NCBI GenBank assembly: GCA_963819815.1
Contig: CAWFXL010000001.1
Location: 1,248,001 to 1,312,000, forward strand
Reading direction: 5' to 3'
Origin: an uncultured bacterium
GTDB lineage: Bacteria; Babelota; Babeliae; Babelales; Babelaceae
Length of the DNA: 64,000 nt
This document shows positions 9,215-19,146 of this stretch, piece after piece (the first letter of the stretch is position 1; every line of letters begins with the position of its first letter). A model generated the notes under the pieces. It had not been told where the DNA came from and ran no database searches. It saw only the letters and a list, made by a program, of their open reading frames with translations. Both the position numbers and the translations under genes were made by a program.

Positions 9215-10438
9215 ATGGCGATATACAATTATCAGGCGGTATCGCGCGAGGGGAAAAAAGTATCAGGGCAGATTGATGCTTCAACCACTCAAGGTGCGCG
9301 AGAGCTTTTGGTAAAACAGGGCTTATTTCCTACTCGTGTCATATTAGCAGCTGATGAGAGAGCTGAAGAGCCATGGTATCGTAAACTTTTTAGACGTGAA
9401 ATTAGTTTAAAAGACAAAATATTCTTTTCAAAACAACTTGCCGTTCTTTTGCGTTCGGGAATCCCTTTAGTACAAGCTCTTGAATTATTGGTGGAGCAAT
9501 CGACGGGTCCTCTTAATAGAGTTGTCATAACGTTACGTGATGGAATTAAAGAAGGTCGCTCATTAGCAGATGGGCTCGCGCGGTACCCTGCAACCTTTGA
9601 TTCGATTTATGTACAGCTTGTTCGAGCAGGTGAAGCAACGGGGAACTTAGAAACAATTTTAGATCGCTTGACCGAATTTCTTGAGCGCCGAGAAGAGCTC
9701 AGGAAAAAAGTTATTAGCGCATTGAGATATCCCCTATTTCAGTTGGGAGTCGTTGTACTCGTTGTATTGGTACTGCTGAGCTTTGTTGTGCCACAAATTG
9801 CCTCGGTATTTCAAGGTCAAAATATTGCCTTACCACTACCTACAAGGATTCTGATTGGTATGTCTAATTTTATTCTGAACCATTATATTATCTTAGGTCT
9901 GATTATTGGCACTTTGGTAGGATTATTTTTATTTTGGAAGTCGACACCAAATGGTGCCTATACGATTGACGTGTGGAAATTGAAACTGCCTTTAGTGGGC
10001 TATTTTTCTCGTACGAATGCTATCGTGCAGTTTACTCGCACGCTTGGGATGCTTGTTGAGGGAGGAGTTAATTTGGCTGAAGCTCTTAACATTGTCGTAA
10101 AAATAGTTGATAATAAGGTGCTCAGCAATGCACTTGAAAAGGCACGTGAGAATATTATCAAGCAAGGAAAGATCGCCCAGTATTTGAATGAGACGCGTTT
10201 GTTTCCACCTGTGGCGATACATCTTATTAATACAGGAGAGCAGAGTGGTGAACTTGGGCCTATGCTTAATACTGTAGCTCGGTATTATGAAGATGACTTA
10301 CGTGAGCGCTCTGATGCATTATCAGAGCTCCTTGGCCCTGCAATGCTTATAGTAATGTTTGTAGTAGTAGGATTTGTGATAGCATCGGTTATGTTACCGA
10401 TTCAGCAAATGCAAAGTGTGGCAGAAAATCTGCGCTAA
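9215..10438 (+). CDS. gspF: Type II secretion/T4P inner membrane platform protein GspF/PilC
   Basis: QLAVLLRSGIPL, AGEATGNL, YP, GEQSGEL; two T2SSF domains and three TM segments. Confidence 0.93.
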   Translation: MAIYNYQAVSREGKKVSGQIDASTTQGARELLVKQGLFPTRVILAADERAEEPWYRKLFRREISLKDKIFFSKQLAVLLRSGIPLVQALELLVEQSTGPLNRVVITLRDGIKEGRSLADGLARYPATFDSIYVQLVRAGEATGNLETILDRLTEFLERREELRKKVISALRYPLFQLGVVVLVVLVLLSFVVPQIASVFQGQNIALPLPTRILIGMSNFILNHYIILGLIIGTLVGLFLFWKSTPNGAYTIDVWKLKLPLVGYFSRTNAIVQFTRTLGMLVEGGVNLAEALNIVVKIVDNKVLSNALEKARENIIKQGKIAQYLNETRLFPPVAIHLINTGEQSGELGPMLNTVARYYEDDLRERSDALSELLGPAMLIVMFVVVGFVIASVMLPIQQMQSVAENLR

Positions 10439-10456
10439 TTAACGAAAGGAATTTGT

Positions 10457-10897
10457 ATGACTCATTCATCCTCTCCTATGAGAAAGCGAAAGCTCTCAAA
10501 TCGTTCAGGATTCACCATCATTGAGATTATGATTGTGTTTATGATCATAGGTATTATTGCAGCGGGTGCCTTCGGTGGTATGCGCTATTTGCAACGCGTA
10601 AAAGAATCTACCACCCGTACAAGACTTGCTGCGGTTGATACTATGATTGAACAGTACCATACTACGGTAGGAGCCTATCCTGCGGAACTCCAAGAGCTTG
10701 TAGATGGCCCTTCTCAGCCCCAATTGCAAAAACGTTGGGGTGAACCAATTGCAACACAAGATGAGCTCAAGGATGCTTGGCAGCAAGAATTTGTATATGC
10801 AGCGGCGCCAAAAGGATCGAGACCTCCTTATGAGTTATACTCAATAGGTTCAAAAGGCGATGCTCATATTTACTCGCCTCGTTCTCAGGAAGCTTAG
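10457..10897 (+). CDS. gspG: Major pseudopilin GspG-like
   Basis: Prepilin site G|FTIIE; YP, DAWQQEFVY, YELYSIG. Confidence 0.85.
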   Translation: MTHSSSPMRKRKLSNRSGFTIIEIMIVFMIIGIIAAGAFGGMRYLQRVKESTTRTRLAAVDTMIEQYHTTVGAYPAELQELVDGPSQPQLQKRWGEPIATQDELKDAWQQEFVYAAAPKGSRPPYELYSIGSKGDAHIYSPRSQEA

Positions 10898-10904
10898 AGC
10901 TCCT

Positions 10905-11375
10905 ATGCAGCGCAGTGGGTTTACGATTATAGAGATCATGGTTGTTATTATCCTTATCGGGATAATAACAACCATTGGCTTACCTCGGTTTTTGCATTCC
11001 CGTGTTCCGATTGCGCAAAGTTTTATGCATCAAGTTAATCTCCTGGTGACCGACGCCGTTGCTTACGCTCAAAAAGAGGGAGAGCCATGCCGTATTTTTT
11101 TTAATCTGGGTGCACAAGAAGTAGAACTTCAAACAGCTCAGGGCAAGCGAGTAGGGGGTTCCCTTGAGATACCTTCTGTGCTCCAAGTTACCGATGTAGT
11201 TATTAATGGGGAAAGTCAATTCCAAGCCGGTAGTGGTAAAACATTTTATTTCTTAGTCAATCCAGAGGGAATGAGTCAGGAAGTACACCTTACTCTTGAA
11301 GAAAAAAAAGGTTCAACGACGAGGTCCTATACGTTTTATTTGAACCCTTTTTTGACGAGCTTTAGAGTGGCTTGA
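10905..11375 (+). CDS. Minor pseudopilin GspH-like
   Basis: G|FTIIE prepilin site; position after gspG; start moved to ATG 10905. Confidence 0.8.
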   Translation: MQRSGFTIIEIMVVIILIGIITTIGLPRFLHSRVPIAQSFMHQVNLLVTDAVAYAQKEGEPCRIFFNLGAQEVELQTAQGKRVGGSLEIPSVLQVTDVVINGESQFQAGSGKTFYFLVNPEGMSQEVHLTLEEKKGSTTRSYTFYLNPFLTSFRVA

Positions 11376-11476
11376 GTACGGTTGTCTTATTGTTGTCTGC
11401 AGCTATCGACGGTTGACGTTATACTGCGATGGGATAAGCTATTGTAATCTCCTGTTTGTTGTATGAAAGAGTTGCT

Positions 11477-11875
11477 ATGAAATCAGCAAAATCCGGTTTA
11501 AGTTTTGTAGAGGTCATTATTGCAGTACTTATGTTGGGTATTGCAACAACGTCACTCGTTGGTTTGCAGGGAGTGCTTATACGCGGAGTGTTTTCTGCAC
11601 ATGCACTTATTGATCGCCTCGGTTTTATACGGAGTTATTTTGTTGAAATTGATAGAGATCGTCTTTTCGCAACAGCAACTTCTCCTCAAAAAGTGATCGA
11701 TGATCCTTCTTTAGTCATGAACTATTCTCAAAAAAAACCGGTTTCAAAAGCATTAGCATCTCAGACCCATTTGATTGTTGAGCATATAGAGGCTCAGTGG
11801 CCAACACCGTTTGGTACACGCAAAGATTCATTTGCGCGAGTCTCATTTAGGCCTCAAAAAGAGAAGAAACCATGA
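11477..11875 (+). CDS. Minor pseudopilin GspI-like
   Basis: G|LSFVE prepilin site; gene order. Confidence 0.75.
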   Translation: MKSAKSGLSFVEVIIAVLMLGIATTSLVGLQGVLIRGVFSAHALIDRLGFIRSYFVEIDRDRLFATATSPQKVIDDPSLVMNYSQKKPVSKALASQTHLIVEHIEAQWPTPFGTRKDSFARVSFRPQKEKKP

Positions 11876-12795
11876 GAAAAGGGTTTACGGTTATAGAGGT
11901 AGTTCTCGCACTGTTTTTTGCGTCACTTATCTCATTAAGTCTCTTTCAACTTCTTAATCAAGTGCGCCGAGGAGTAAAAAGAATCGTGAATGTTATTGAA
12001 GTAGATGCGCCTCTCATGAGCTTTTATAATCAGGTGGAAAAAGATGTGACAGGAATGTTTGCTCCTTTTAGCTCGATTGAAGTCTACTCACAAAAAGATA
12101 AAGCCGCATCGAAGGAAAAAGATCGTAAAAAAGTACCTTTTGTTCCACAAAAAGATGAAGCGGGACGTACCTCAAAACCTATTGAGCATGTTTTTGAGCT
12201 TGATGTTGCGACTCAAACTTTTTTCTGGTCCTTTATTACAACCGGGGGTATTCAAGTACTTGATGCGAGTGGCAATGTCACTCCCGTGCCCTTTGTACGG
12301 CGCGTTGCCTATGTATTAGAGCAGGATCCAGACAGACAAGGACAGTTCAGGCTACTATACCGTTTTAGCGGTACCCAACTAGAACTCTCTGCTTTTAAAG
12401 ATTCAAATTTTAAGCCCACCTATGAACTGATCTCAGGCATTAAATCTTTCAATATAGAGCTGAGCCTACTCGAAGTTGCTGAAAAAGAGGCTAAAAAATC
12501 TGAGCCTTCCAAAGGTAAAGAACAGGAAGATGAAGGGAAAAAAGCTGGTCAGACTGTTGTTGCTTCACACACAATTACGGTTAAAGAGTGGCGACGTGAT
12601 GAGATTTGGAGTAAATATAAGACGCTTATTCCTGCCTATGTTAAATTATCAGGCGTGCGCGCTGATCTTACGGGGATAGAGTATCCTTTTGTTATCGTAA
12701 ATAAAGTATATGCGTATAGTCCTTATGTAGAAAAAGAAAAGTCGCTCTTTGAAGCGCTTGAAGATATTGCGAAAAATATATGGAAGAAAAAGTAA
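11872..12795 (+). CDS. Minor pseudopilin GspJ-like
   Basis: G|FTVIE prepilin site; ATGA overlap with previous gene. Confidence 0.8.
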   Translation: MRKGFTVIEVVLALFFASLISLSLFQLLNQVRRGVKRIVNVIEVDAPLMSFYNQVEKDVTGMFAPFSSIEVYSQKDKAASKEKDRKKVPFVPQKDEAGRTSKPIEHVFELDVATQTFFWSFITTGGIQVLDASGNVTPVPFVRRVAYVLEQDPDRQGQFRLLYRFSGTQLELSAFKDSNFKPTYELISGIKSFNIELSLLEVAEKEAKKSEPSKGKEQEDEGKKAGQTVVASHTITVKEWRRDEIWSKYKTLIPAYVKLSGVRADLTGIEYPFVIVNKVYAYSPYVEKEKSLFEALEDIAKNIWKKK

Positions 12796-13898
12796 CTCAT
12801 TCAGCCAGACCGGGCTATATTATTCTTTTAACGCTCATGGTTATAGCAGCGATTGTCGCACTTTTAACAACGGTGGTGCAACAGTCATTTAGCTATCAAC
12901 GCCAAGCGCGCATCTCAATTGAGAAGGCTCGTGCTCGTATGCTTGCATTAAGCTCGCTTGAAATTGCGATGAGCCAACTTTCTACGGTAGTGATTGAGGA
13001 TGAAGCTCAAAAGAAAGAGCCTAAGAAAGAGCAAAAGTCTGAAAAAAATGAGACCAAGGACGTACTCGAGCCGGTGCAAAAGTGGCTCTTAAAAGTTCTT
13101 CCGTCTATTAATCATTGGCAGACAGTCACTCTTGAGGAAGAAGGGCTTGAGGGTACCGTACAATTATACCTTGCATGCGAGGATGGTAAGTTTAATTTAG
13201 CTGCATTTAAGCAGCAAAGTATGCCTGAAAAAGAGGCTCCTAAGGAACCTCAGGAAGATGAGGAACCGAAGAATGAGCAGAAAAAGAAACCTGAGAAGAG
13301 CAAAGAAAAAGGGGCATTAGAGGCCCTTGATGAACTCTTTAAGAAGGTTGGCGACGTAAGCATGTATGAAGCCTTTAAAAGATTTATGACCGATTATAAT
13401 AGGTTACCTGAAGATCCTACAGAGCTTCTACGTATTTCGTATTTTGCTCAATTAAAAGATCGACTATTTACGCCACTTAAACAAGATCAGCGGGGATTAT
13501 ATATCATGGATCTTTTTACTTTTAGGCCACAAGCTACTGAAAAAGTAAATCCTTGGTTGCTTACTGCCTCAGCTAAAACGTTACTCGGGATTCAGGAAAA
13601 AAAAGGTGCTACAGACAATGCAGAATTGGTAAAAAAGATTAAGCCTGAGATGAATTGGGAGACTGATTGGGATGAGATTTTAGGACCACGGTATGGTAAG
13701 AATTTTGCTGCTTTTGATCCTGCAATTCAAAAGGTCTTTGCTTCTGCATTTGAAGCAACGGCATTTTCTGTGGTATCTTATTGCACGGTAGGTACAGTTA
13801 CACAACGCCTTTATGCAGTACTTGAGGTAACACAGCCGAATAAGGAACTCTCGCCAAAGAGTGTGATATTTAAAGTAACAAAACTCTATTGGTTGTGA
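12780..13898 (+). CDS. Minor pseudopilin GspK-like
   Basis: G|YIILL without Glu5 (typical of GspK), EDGKFNL, KVNP. Confidence 0.78.
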   Translation: MEEKVTHSARPGYIILLTLMVIAAIVALLTTVVQQSFSYQRQARISIEKARARMLALSSLEIAMSQLSTVVIEDEAQKKEPKKEQKSEKNETKDVLEPVQKWLLKVLPSINHWQTVTLEEEGLEGTVQLYLACEDGKFNLAAFKQQSMPEKEAPKEPQEDEEPKNEQKKKPEKSKEKGALEALDELFKKVGDVSMYEAFKRFMTDYNRLPEDPTELLRISYFAQLKDRLFTPLKQDQRGLYIMDLFTFRPQATEKVNPWLLTASAKTLLGIQEKKGATDNAELVKKIKPEMNWETDWDEILGPRYGKNFAAFDPAIQKVFASAFEATAFSVVSYCTVGTVTQRLYAVLEVTQPNKELSPKSVIFKVTKLYWL

Positions 13899-13914
13899 AC
13901 AAAGGAAGGCCCAC

Positions 13915-15264
13915 GTGTATTTTAAAACAGAAACCTTAGTTGGTGCATTTATACTTCTTGCGCTGAGCCTGTTTATGTATATGAGTTTTCAATTGGGCAG
14001 TGTGCGCCTTAATTTAGCACGATATGCAACCTATACGGTTGCCTTTAAGGATGTTGCTTCCTTACTCCCTAAAGCCGATATCAAAATTTCAGGTGTCAAA
14101 GTTGGGTGGGTTGAGTCGGTATATCTTGATCCTGAGGATATGCGGGTAAAAGTTATCGTTAAGGTATTAAAAGACTATAAGCTCTATAGGGATGCTACTG
14201 CTATTATTCGGCAAGAAGGTCTTCTTGGTGTCAAATATCTTGAAATGATGCCGGGTACCGCTGAAGCTGGACGAATTCCCGCAGGTGGTATGTTGCAGTA
14301 CCAAGAACACCCTACGGGCGGCATGGACGAGCTCTTTACCAGTGTTACGGCGTTAGCAAAACAGATTGAACGACTTGGTACCTCATTGGAGGAATCTACG
14401 CATGAAGCTCGAGAGCTTCTGCAAGAGATTCGATCTCGTCTTTCATTAATCGATACCGTATTTACTGATATAGGTAAAGCGAGTGATGTCTTTCAAGAGA
14501 CAGCTGAGATAGTTAAGCAAGCGAGTAAGCAAGTGGCTGAACTTTTAGATATTGGAGAAGTCTCGAAAAAGGATGCGAGTACTTTGGTTAAGAAACTTAC
14601 CCAAGGGCAAGGGAGCCTCACGAAACTGCTTGCCGATGACCAACTCTATACTGATATTAAATGTACTTCAGATTATGCACGAAACTGCATCGAACGTGTA
14701 AGAAACATAGGGGTAGGAATTGATAGTCACCTCGAAATATTGCCCCATGCCTATCGTGAGCATGAGGGGAGAAAGACCGATGTTAAATGGTATGGTGAAG
14801 GATACGTTGCCTCTTGTTCTGGGGTATTTGGTAAGTTAGGATTAACGTATTCAAGTAGGGGGTATGCCAAATATGATGGAATTGCTTTCTTCGATGATCA
14901 GGTACTGATCCATGGCCATCGCAATGGGATTCGGTTAAATCTACAAGTTGGTAAATATTGGCATCCCTATGGCGCGGTGCGTGCGGGAATTTTTGAGGGG
15001 ACTGCAGGTCTGGGAGCTGATTGGTGGATTTGGTATGATCGTGTTAAGTGGCTCACCACGTTTGAGATATTCGATTTTAGAGGCTATAACCGATTTGACC
15101 AGGATCGGCGACCACATCTTAAATGGCTCAATAGGGTATTCTTTTCAGATAATCTGTATCTGACCTTTGGTGCAGATGATTTTATAAGTCGCTGCAATAA
15201 GAGCGGCTTTATTGGCTTTGGTGCTTATTTCACCGTGCCAGATCTTTTTAGAAGTTGTGCGTAA
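13915..15264 (+). CDS. MlaD/MCE family protein with coiled coil and beta-rich C-terminus
   Basis: ETLVGAF TM helix, ISGVKVGWV, GLLGVKYLE, GSLTKLL. Confidence 0.88.
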   Translation: MYFKTETLVGAFILLALSLFMYMSFQLGSVRLNLARYATYTVAFKDVASLLPKADIKISGVKVGWVESVYLDPEDMRVKVIVKVLKDYKLYRDATAIIRQEGLLGVKYLEMMPGTAEAGRIPAGGMLQYQEHPTGGMDELFTSVTALAKQIERLGTSLEESTHEARELLQEIRSRLSLIDTVFTDIGKASDVFQETAEIVKQASKQVAELLDIGEVSKKDASTLVKKLTQGQGSLTKLLADDQLYTDIKCTSDYARNCIERVRNIGVGIDSHLEILPHAYREHEGRKTDVKWYGEGYVASCSGVFGKLGLTYSSRGYAKYDGIAFFDDQVLIHGHRNGIRLNLQVGKYWHPYGAVRAGIFEGTAGLGADWWIWYDRVKWLTTFEIFDFRGYNRFDQDRRPHLKWLNRVFFSDNLYLTFGADDFISRCNKSGFIGFGAYFTVPDLFRSCA

Positions 15265-15420
15265 CGAGCTCCATGAACTAGATAAAAATGTATCCTCAGG
15301 ATCCTCATGGTTGGCGTTTTGCTCACTAACAATTTTTTTGTGCACTACCCTTGAACTAGGTTAATCTGACATGCTATGCTATACTACCAGTTGAAGATGC
15401 AGCTGTTTTGAAGGGGCAGT

Positions 15421-15696
15421 ATGATGTTTTTTTCTTTGTTTTCATATTTCATTATTTCTTGTCTGTTCTTATTGGGACTAATATTTGTAGATGGCTATGT
15501 GCAAGGGCCTGTCCAAATTGCACTTCGTTTAGGCATCCATATCGTATCGGTTGCTCTTTTTTTTGCTTTCTTATGGTACTTAACAACATACCTTATTCGT
15601 CCCTGCGAAATGACTCAGACTCTTGCTGGGGCAATTTCCCTTTTTGTACTCTTGGGAAGCGGGCTCTTTTATTATATCGGGCGCAAAAATATTTAA
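15421..15696 (+). CDS. Small membrane protein (3 TM)
   Basis: AGGGG RBS-like site, three hydrophobic segments, stop just before the nitroreductase RBS. Confidence 0.6.
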   Translation: MMFFSLFSYFIISCLFLLGLIFVDGYVQGPVQIALRLGIHIVSVALFFAFLWYLTTYLIRPCEMTQTLAGAISLFVLLGSGLFYYIGRKNI

Positions 15697-15712
15697 GCAC
15701 AAGGAGGCAATT

Positions 15713-16294
15713 GTGCAAGAACGTAAAGCAGCATATCCCATTCTTGAACTTCTTAAAGATCGATGGTCGCCTAGGGCAATGGCTGGAGAGTCTTTGACTC
15801 ACAAAGAACTGTATACTCTTTTTGAAGCAGCTCGCTGGGCTCCTTCATCATTTAACAATCAGCCATGGAGCTTTGTTTACGCAGATCGTGACTCTGAGGA
15901 TTGGAATACATTTTTAGATCTACTAACTCCTCAAAATCGTAGATGGGCAGATAAGGCTGGCGTGCTTATAGTAGTTCTGTCTCGCAGTTTGTTTTTTTAT
16001 GATGACAGACCTTCTCGTACTCATAGCTTTGATACGGGAGCTGCATTAGAGAATTTGGCACTTCAGGGCTATTCAATGGGTTTTGTAGTGCATGGAATGG
16101 AAGGGTTTGATTATGAACGGGCACACCAAACACTAAAGGCTCCAAAAGAATACACCGTTGAAGCGATCTTCGCTGTTGGTAAGCGAGGCCCTCTTTCGGT
16201 ATTGCCTGAGGAACTTCAGGCGCGCGAGAAGCCATCTGATCGTAAGCCTATAGAGCAGTTTGTATTCAAAGGGATATTTGGAAAGTCGAACTAG
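15713..16294 (+). CDS. Nitroreductase family protein
   Basis: RWSPRA, AARWAPSSFNNQPW, FDTGAA; GTG start after AAGGAGG. Confidence 0.93.
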   Translation: MQERKAAYPILELLKDRWSPRAMAGESLTHKELYTLFEAARWAPSSFNNQPWSFVYADRDSEDWNTFLDLLTPQNRRWADKAGVLIVVLSRSLFFYDDRPSRTHSFDTGAALENLALQGYSMGFVVHGMEGFDYERAHQTLKAPKEYTVEAIFAVGKRGPLSVLPEELQAREKPSDRKPIEQFVFKGIFGKSN

Positions 16295-16382
16295 CTTTTT
16301 GAATGCATGAGAGGGGGGGACCCATTGCTTTTGAAAAAGGAATGAGGTAAGGTGAGACTAGCTAACGAACATGGGGTGAATC

Positions 16383-16991
16383 ATGAAAATAAGATACATT
16401 ATACTCATTGGACTTCTGTCGTCACGTATATATGCAATAGAAGATAAGATGATCGATTCATTAAAACGAATAGATACAGACAGAGTTAGGAAATTGCTCA
16501 TTCCAGGTTTTTTTACCGGGCCTGAAGAGAAAGAGCGCTATTTGCAAGTTGCTAAGGAGATGACCAATAGAACCCACCAAGAGCTACAGTCGCTTAGTGG
16601 ATGGGATATTATTCGTTTAGGTAAAGGTTTAAGTCAGCTTGCATTAGGTGGTGCTGCCGCTGCTGCAGCCTATTTCTATTATAAGCGGCAGTGGGACATT
16701 TCATTGTGGAGTATAGAGCCAGATAAGACGCGCAAAATTAAGGCACAAGACCTTACTGATGTGCACCATCGGTATGGTGTATATGCTGTTTTGGGATGTA
16801 TGTCTTGGTATATGCTTAGCGAGGCTATGGGACAGTTCTCTGCGATCATTGATAAGAAGGATCGTCTTGATAATCATAGATGTGCTCTTCAAAATGAAGC
16901 AGTTATTCAACGTATTCCAGTAATCGATCAGACTCCTTGTGATCAACGACCTTCTGATCATATGATCGGTGGGCGGCGAGGCGGGGGCTAG
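16383..16991 (+). CDS. Hypothetical exported/membrane protein
   Basis: Signal peptide and two hydrophobic segments. Confidence 0.7.
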   Translation: MKIRYIILIGLLSSRIYAIEDKMIDSLKRIDTDRVRKLLIPGFFTGPEEKERYLQVAKEMTNRTHQELQSLSGWDIIRLGKGLSQLALGGAAAAAAYFYYKRQWDISLWSIEPDKTRKIKAQDLTDVHHRYGVYAVLGCMSWYMLSEAMGQFSAIIDKKDRLDNHRCALQNEAVIQRIPVIDQTPCDQRPSDHMIGGRRGGG

Positions 16992-16998
16992 GTGATGC

Positions 16999-18876
16999 AT
17001 GGGATGGGAGAGTTTTAAGAAATTTAATGAAGCCTATTATCCCCTGAAAATTCTGTACGCTCTAGTCGTCCTTGCGCTCTGGTTTGCTCCACATGTTTTT
17101 GTACTTCCCTCCTATTGGGTATATATTCCCGTCTCTCTGCTCTTTATTCCTGTTCTCTATGAAGCTCTTGAAGGGCTTGCACATAAGCAGATCAGCTCTG
17201 AACTTTTTATCAGTATTGCCACTATTATTGCTCTCCTAGGAGGAGAAAGATCGGCAATATTCGTGGTACTTATGATTATGGCTGCTGCACATTATTTTGA
17301 TGCGCTTATAAAGCAGCGTACTGAAGATGCCTTAAGTTCATTAATAGAATTAATGCCGAGCGAGGTTCTTATTAAGCAAGACTCTCAGGACGTTTTAGTT
17401 CCCCTCAGTTACGTTAAGCCCGGAATGAAAGTTATTATTAAGACGGGAGGCAGGATCCCCATAGATGGGACCATTATTGAAGGTGAAGCAAGTATACAAG
17501 AAGCGGTTCTTACCGGTGAATATCTACCACTACAAAAGGTTCCTGGAGACCTCGTTTTTGCAGGAACGTATGTTGAAGCGGGGAGTGTAGTGGTCCAAGT
17601 AGAGCGTATTGGTGAAGAGACCCTTTTTGGCAAGATTCGTGCTCTGATTGATCAAGCTGGTAAAAATAAAGCTCAGATTGTGAGCCTTGCAGATCGTATC
17701 ACTCGCATCTTTACCCCAGTGTTTTTATTGTTTATTGCAGTAGTTTGGTTCCTGACCGGTAATACCCGTATGGTTATTACGTTACTTATTTTTGGATCTC
17801 CTTTAGAGCTCACGTTAGTGACACCGCTAACTATGTTGGCTGCTATTGTTGCCGCTTTCAAGCGAGGGATTTTAGTTAAAAGTGGTGCAGCTCTTGAATC
17901 CCTTGCAAGCATGGACACGCTTATTTTTGATAAGACCGGAACGCTTACTATGGGATCTCCTGAGGTCGTTTCTTTAACGAGTTTGGATTCTGCCTATGGA
18001 AAAAACGAAATACTTCTCTTGGCTGCTATCGCAGAAAAGAAATCGGGGCATGTTCTTGCAAAAGCTATTATGCATGAGGCAGAGAAAGCACATCTTGAAG
18101 TACCAGATCCAGAAAAATATGTTTCACTGACCGGTCATGGAATTACCATAGTATATCAAGGGAAGACTTACTTTGTGGGGAATCGCCATTTTATCGAGGC
18201 TTCGGAACATGCAAATATACGAATCCCTCCAGGATGCTCTCCTGAGCAGAAGCTAACAACTTTTTATGTGGCTACAGAGGAAAAGGTTCTGGGTGAGATT
18301 TGCCTTGCTGATAGGATTAGACCTGATGCTCGTCAGACCATAGACGCACTCAAGGAGCGTGGTATGAGTTCATTAATTCTCTTAAGTGGTGATAAGCAAT
18401 CAGTTGCCCAAAATGTTGCCTATCAGTTGGGCATTGCCCAGTCATACGGCGAGGTGATGCCTGATGAAAAGCTTGCTTTGCTTAAAAAACTCCAAGCAAA
18501 AGGCTATCAGGTAACTATGGTAGGAGATGGCATTAATGATGCTCCTGCTTTAAAGGCAGCCCATGTAGGTATTGCTATTGGGAGTATGGGAATGGAGCCC
18601 GCAATTCAAGCGGCAGATATTGTGCTCATGTCTGATAAGCTTGATCAGATAGTATTCCTATACGATTTGTCGCGTGAAGCGATGAGAACGATTAAGCAGA
18701 ATCTTCTCTTAGGTTTCGCTTTGACTCATACGGTAGGTATAGTACTCGCATTACTCTCCTTTATTAGTCCCATTCAGGCAGCTCTGTTTCATGCAGTTCC
18801 TGATCTCCTTATTCTCCTTCGAGGGGTACGGCTCATTCATTTTCAAGAGAAACGACCAAAAGATAGAACTAAATAG
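16999..18876 (+). CDS. Heavy-metal-type P1B ATPase with atypical metal-site motif
   Basis: LTGE, DKTGTLT, SGD, GDGINDAPAL; SPL in place of CPC; no N-terminal metal-binding domain. Confidence 0.92.
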   Translation: MGWESFKKFNEAYYPLKILYALVVLALWFAPHVFVLPSYWVYIPVSLLFIPVLYEALEGLAHKQISSELFISIATIIALLGGERSAIFVVLMIMAAAHYFDALIKQRTEDALSSLIELMPSEVLIKQDSQDVLVPLSYVKPGMKVIIKTGGRIPIDGTIIEGEASIQEAVLTGEYLPLQKVPGDLVFAGTYVEAGSVVVQVERIGEETLFGKIRALIDQAGKNKAQIVSLADRITRIFTPVFLLFIAVVWFLTGNTRMVITLLIFGSPLELTLVTPLTMLAAIVAAFKRGILVKSGAALESLASMDTLIFDKTGTLTMGSPEVVSLTSLDSAYGKNEILLLAAIAEKKSGHVLAKAIMHEAEKAHLEVPDPEKYVSLTGHGITIVYQGKTYFVGNRHFIEASEHANIRIPPGCSPEQKLTTFYVATEEKVLGEICLADRIRPDARQTIDALKERGMSSLILLSGDKQSVAQNVAYQLGIAQSYGEVMPDEKLALLKKLQAKGYQVTMVGDGINDAPALKAAHVGIAIGSMGMEPAIQAADIVLMSDKLDQIVFLYDLSREAMRTIKQNLLLGFALTHTVGIVLALLSFISPIQAALFHAVPDLLILLRGVRLIHFQEKRPKDRTK

Positions 18877-19146
18877 TGGTCCGACTAGATGTTGGTCTGA
18901 TCGGCACAGCTAGGTCATTTTCTACAATGCTCTAGTGAAAACCCCTTGCTAAAATCCAGAACATTCTATTTTTTGTGGTGCATCTGATTTGCTCTTTTAT
19001 TCAATATAAATCGAGAGATTATTGTGAACTGGGCTTCAAATAAAGCTTGGTGGGCAATCATCCGGCAAGCTCATCGAGAGAGTTCTCCGGTAACAAGAGA
19101 ACTTCAGTTAGGATCTTTGCTGCTTATGAGCCTCATCAATGCTGAG

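Noticed and set aside
15408..15797. 129-aa ORF overlapping the small membrane gene and nitroreductase
   Set aside because: Alternative frame of better-supported genes; lacks a credible start
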